A program made the position numbers and the translations under genes. Shown here piece by piece: positions 61,016-64,000 of a DNA stretch of 64,000 bases. The notes under the pieces are model-generated. The model saw only the letters and a program-made list of their open reading frames with translations, did no database searches and was not told where the DNA came from. This stretch comes from Paracoccaceae bacterium (lineage in GTDB: Bacteria > Pseudomonadota > Alphaproteobacteria > Rhodobacterales > Rhodobacteraceae): positions 1,900,776 to 1,964,775 of the forward strand of contig CBDEFR010000009.1 of assembly GCA_965237505.1 (NCBI GenBank). The letters are read 5' to 3'. Numbering within the stretch: position 1 is the first letter of the stretch; each line of letters begins with the position of its first letter.

Positions 61016-61528
61016 ATGATATTTCGCCCCGCCAGTCTGCCGGATGCGCTGAAGGCCGCGATGATCCTTTCGTCGGTGGCCATATTGGGCATGACATTGA
61101 TGACAGCCGCACCGGCATTCGCAAACCACCGTGGCAAAGGTGCTCCGCCGCACGGTCAGTCGGATCAGTCCGAAAACCCTGGCCAGGGTTCGGAAAAATC
61201 GAACGGCAATGGCGGCGGATCTGGAACCGACAACGATACGTCGGAATTAAAGCCGCATAAGCCGAGTCTGGTTGACGAGCGAGTGGCCGACGACAGCCCG
61301 ACCGCCAGCACCAGCGACGAGCCGCTTGTGTTTTTCACATCCGTCAGGAGCGACAGCAACCTCAGGGCGAAAATGAGAAGCGCGCAAAAAGAACTGGCGC
61401 GCCTGTTTGCGCTAAGCGAGGAAGAGATAACGATTGAGTTTCCTGATGGTGGCTATGACGACGCACTCATGCAGGCCGCTGCACGTGCCCGCAAGGCGGA
61501 GCGAGCTTATCGTAGAAAGCACGGGTGA
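61016..61528 (+). CDS. Hypothetical secreted low-complexity protein
   Basis: It has a signal-like N-terminus (..AILGMTLMTAAPAFA) and a Gly/Ser/Asn-rich middle. The start is uncertain. Confidence 0.4.
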   Translation: MIFRPASLPDALKAAMILSSVAILGMTLMTAAPAFANHRGKGAPPHGQSDQSENPGQGSEKSNGNGGGSGTDNDTSELKPHKPSLVDERVADDSPTASTSDEPLVFFTSVRSDSNLRAKMRSAQKELARLFALSEEEITIEFPDGGYDDALMQAAARARKAERAYRRKHG

Positions 61529-61762
61529 CCGGTCTGGCAACGTGCTGTTGATGGCAAATGGTGGATCAGACAACGCGCTTTCGCCGTGAATTCTCAGAAC
61601 TTTATTCATTCGGTCCGGCGCTGAGAAACTGAGCGCCGCATCCCTGCGCGACCGGTGAACTCGGTTCAATTGTCGCGACGAAACTCTGCCGGTTGCCGAA
61701 CTTGCCAACCAAATGCGACGCCAGCCGATCAGACCTGTATGTGAACACCAACTTGAGCCGCT

Positions 61763-62005
61763 CTAGCTGCCACCAGTTCGGTTTGCCAAAACCGCGATCA
61801 CGTCATCAAATCCTTCGATTGACAGGATCTCGGCTGCCGGCAAGGGTTGGCCAATAGACTTTTCCAACGCCAGGATAATCCGCATATGGGCCAGACTGTC
61901 CCACTGTGCACATAATCCCAATCGAGTGTCTGGGCCGACGGCGGTTACCTCAATACCCAGAGCGTTTGCCAGGATTTTGACGGCTGCAGATTTTCCGCCC
62001 GTCAT
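61763..62005 (-). CDS. Acyl/peptidyl carrier protein (phosphopantetheine-attachment type)
   Basis: 80 aa from MTGGKSAAVK.. It carries a ..QWDSLAHMRIILALE.. DSL serine motif. Its ATG overlaps the upstream TGA (ATGA). Confidence 0.65.
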   Translation of the reverse strand: MTGGKSAAVKILANALGIEVTAVGPDTRLGLCAQWDSLAHMRIILALEKSIGQPLPAAEILSIEGFDDVIAVLANRTGGS

Positions 62006-62580
62006 TGGGTAATTTTCCGTTGGCTGGCGTGCCATTCGTCGCGCAGCAGGCCAAATTCCAGCTGGTCCAGCCGTGACTCGTCAGCCACGGATTTGAACTG
62101 TTCGCGCAGCACCCCTTCGCAGGTAAATCCTTGCGCCTTGTAGTTGAATATCGACGCCAGATTTCGGGCGTGCGGACGGCCGACGATTTTGTGCATGCCA
62201 TGCTGGTCAAACAGAAAATCTATCAGCGCCGCGCAGCTTTCAAGTACAACGCCCTTGCCCCAGTAATTTTTCTCGCCGATTACCACCATCGTCTCGGCAA
62301 CCAGGTTGTCCAAATCCGCCTTTACAGTGTACAATCCAATTGGCGTTTCGGCGAAAGTGGCGCCGATCAACAGGTAAAAAATCCGCCGATTATCGGCTTT
62401 CGCGACAATCTGTTTGGCTTCCTGCATCTTGGTGTTCTTGCGATGTGTATTTTGGCCCTCGCGGGTTTGCGGGTCACTCTGCCAGCGTAGAAACCTTGGT
62501 GTCACGTCGGCAGGTATCATCGAGCGAATGACAAAGCGCTTGGTGGTCAGGCGGACCGGGGTGCCCGGCGTCCAGCTCAT
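62002..62580 (-). CDS. GNAT N-acyltransferase (RimJ/RimL-like)
   Basis: ..IGLYTVKADLDNLVAETMVVIGEKNYWGKGVVLES...HKIVGRPHARNLASIFNYKAQGF... Its ATG overlaps the ligase TGA (ATGA). Confidence 0.7.
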   Translation of the reverse strand: MSWTPGTPVRLTTKRFVIRSMIPADVTPRFLRWQSDPQTREGQNTHRKNTKMQEAKQIVAKADNRRIFYLLIGATFAETPIGLYTVKADLDNLVAETMVVIGEKNYWGKGVVLESCAALIDFLFDQHGMHKIVGRPHARNLASIFNYKAQGFTCEGVLREQFKSVADESRLDQLEFGLLRDEWHASQRKITQ

Positions 62581-64000
62581 GGCGTTACCTTTAACGCAAG
62601 GCAGGCGCGCGCAACCAGCGCCCGGTTCAGCTTGCCGCGGTCGATTTTGGGGAGCGCCTCGAGGATGTAAATGTCGCGCGGCACTGCCTCGGCGCGCAAT
62701 CGTTCGCGAGCCCAGTTTTGCAGATCAGCGGCGGTTGCGGTGGCCTGATCGCGCAGCGACAGCGCAAGCGTCACGACCTGGCCGCTGATGTCATCGTCAC
62801 GCCCGAACGCGCAGGCCTCGGTCACGTCCGGGTGGCGTTCGAACAGCAGGTCCAGCTCTTCCGGAAAAATGTTGATGCCGCTCATAATGATAATATTTGC
62901 GCGCCGCCCGGTCATCCGCAGGGTGCCGTAGGCGTCCAACGTGCCGCTGTCGCCGGTGTGATACCAGCCGTTTCTGACGGCTTTGTCAGTGAGGTCGGGG
63001 CGCTGGTAATAGCCGGTCATCAGCGACGGGACGCGCAACAAGATTTCGCCGCTGCCAGTGGCAGTGATCTGGTCGTCGTCGGTGCGGATCGCCGCGGCGC
63101 CGCCCCAAAGTTGCCCGAGCAGGCCGTCGCTGATGTCGCCGCTGCGCGACGAGGCGCCGACGATCCAGTTGGCGGTTTCGGTGATGCCATACATGTTGGC
63201 GACGTCAGCGCCGTTTGCCCAGTCGACGACGCCTTGCCAGACCTCTGCGGAGAGCGGGGCGCTGCCGATGCTGATGCGGCGCAGGCTGGTGCCGGTCGGT
63301 GGCGGTGACAGGCGCAGGGCGAGTTTCCAGAACGACGGCACCGAGCTGAGGAAGCTGATTTTGTGTGTGTCGATTGTCTGGGCGAGGCTGGCCGCGCCCG
63401 CAATTCCGGGGTTGGGCATGAGGAACAGGTTGGCCCCGCTGGCCAGCGGCGTCAGGCAATTGCCGATCAGGCCGTGGCCGAAGTGGGTGGGCAGGACGCA
63501 CAGGGTGTTGGCGAGAGTTTGGGCAGTCAGGTGGGCACATTTAGGGAGATGCGCGCCAATAATGATCGGTGGCTGTGCACCACGCCTTTGGGCTCACCGG
63601 TGGTGCCGGAGGTGAACAGAATTAGGGCGTTGTCATCGAGGCTCTGCTGGATCGCGGTAGCCGGGTGGCCACCGGCGCGGTCGCGCCAGGTGCACAGGAC
63701 CGGGGCATTGAGTCTGCCGCGCGGGTTGTTGTCAACCAACACCGCCGCCGGGGCGCAGAAGTCGACGATATTGGAAAGCTCGGGATCGGTGAGGCCGGGG
63801 TTTACGCAGACCGCGCAGCCGCCGATCTGCCAGACCGCAAACAGGTCGGCGAAGAAATCCGGGGTGTTGCCGTGGGCGATGACGAAGTTGCGTTTGCTGG
63901 GGGAGATGAAGCGGGCGAGGGCGCTGGCGCGGCGGGCGACCTCGGCGCGCAATTTCTCGCCCGACCAGCGGATGCCGGTGTTCAGGTCGTGGATGGTGAC
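62577..64000 (-). pseudogene. AMP-dependent synthetase/ligase (adenylate-forming enzyme), frameshifted; the 5' end lies beyond the window
   Basis: The N-terminal part (to 63527) contains ..[22 protein letters not shown].. The C-terminal part (62577-63419 frame, extending upstream as ..[26 protein letters not shown]..) contains ..YGITETANW.. and ..GWYHTGDSG.. The frames differ by one nt near 63530-63545. Confidence 0.7.

Overview
This is a 64-kb chromosomal window from a high-GC alphaproteobacterium. Gene content and synteny look Rhodobacteraceae-like; that is my reading of the proteins, not a database result. The backbone is ordinary housekeeping: recA-alaS, typA, hemB, mfd, bdhA, psuKG, an AsmA/YhdP-like gene, queA, lpdA, uvrA, xthA, erpA-dgt-argS, SPOR-nagZ-scpAB and ccmABCDG.

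The window is unusual for its mobile-element load and gene decay. I count 10 IS copies or fragments from 5 families: IS21, IS630 x3, IS4 x2, two IS5-type elements x3, and IS1182. At least 10 non-IS genes are broken by IS insertion, nonsense codons, 1-nt frameshifts, a 23-bp tandem duplication or truncation. All long core genes are intact.

I recognised no rRNA, tRNA, CRISPR array, prophage, or defence or secretion system with known hallmarks. The features most likely to be undescribed are:
- a dispersed ~35-bp intergenic repeat family (GCCTYCGGCGRGGATATTTT..CAAAGAAGA) that sits mostly just downstream of gene 3' ends
- an orphan promoter-to-terminator unit that looks like a ~75-nt sRNA
- a divergent ArsR / 163-aa gene pair in which both products end in vicinal-cysteine tails
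- a translationally coupled AMP-ligase/GNAT/carrier-protein operon at the right edge

All coordinates, repeat boundaries and reading-frame statements were worked out by hand from the sequence. Family names come from motif recognition and need HMM or BLAST confirmation.
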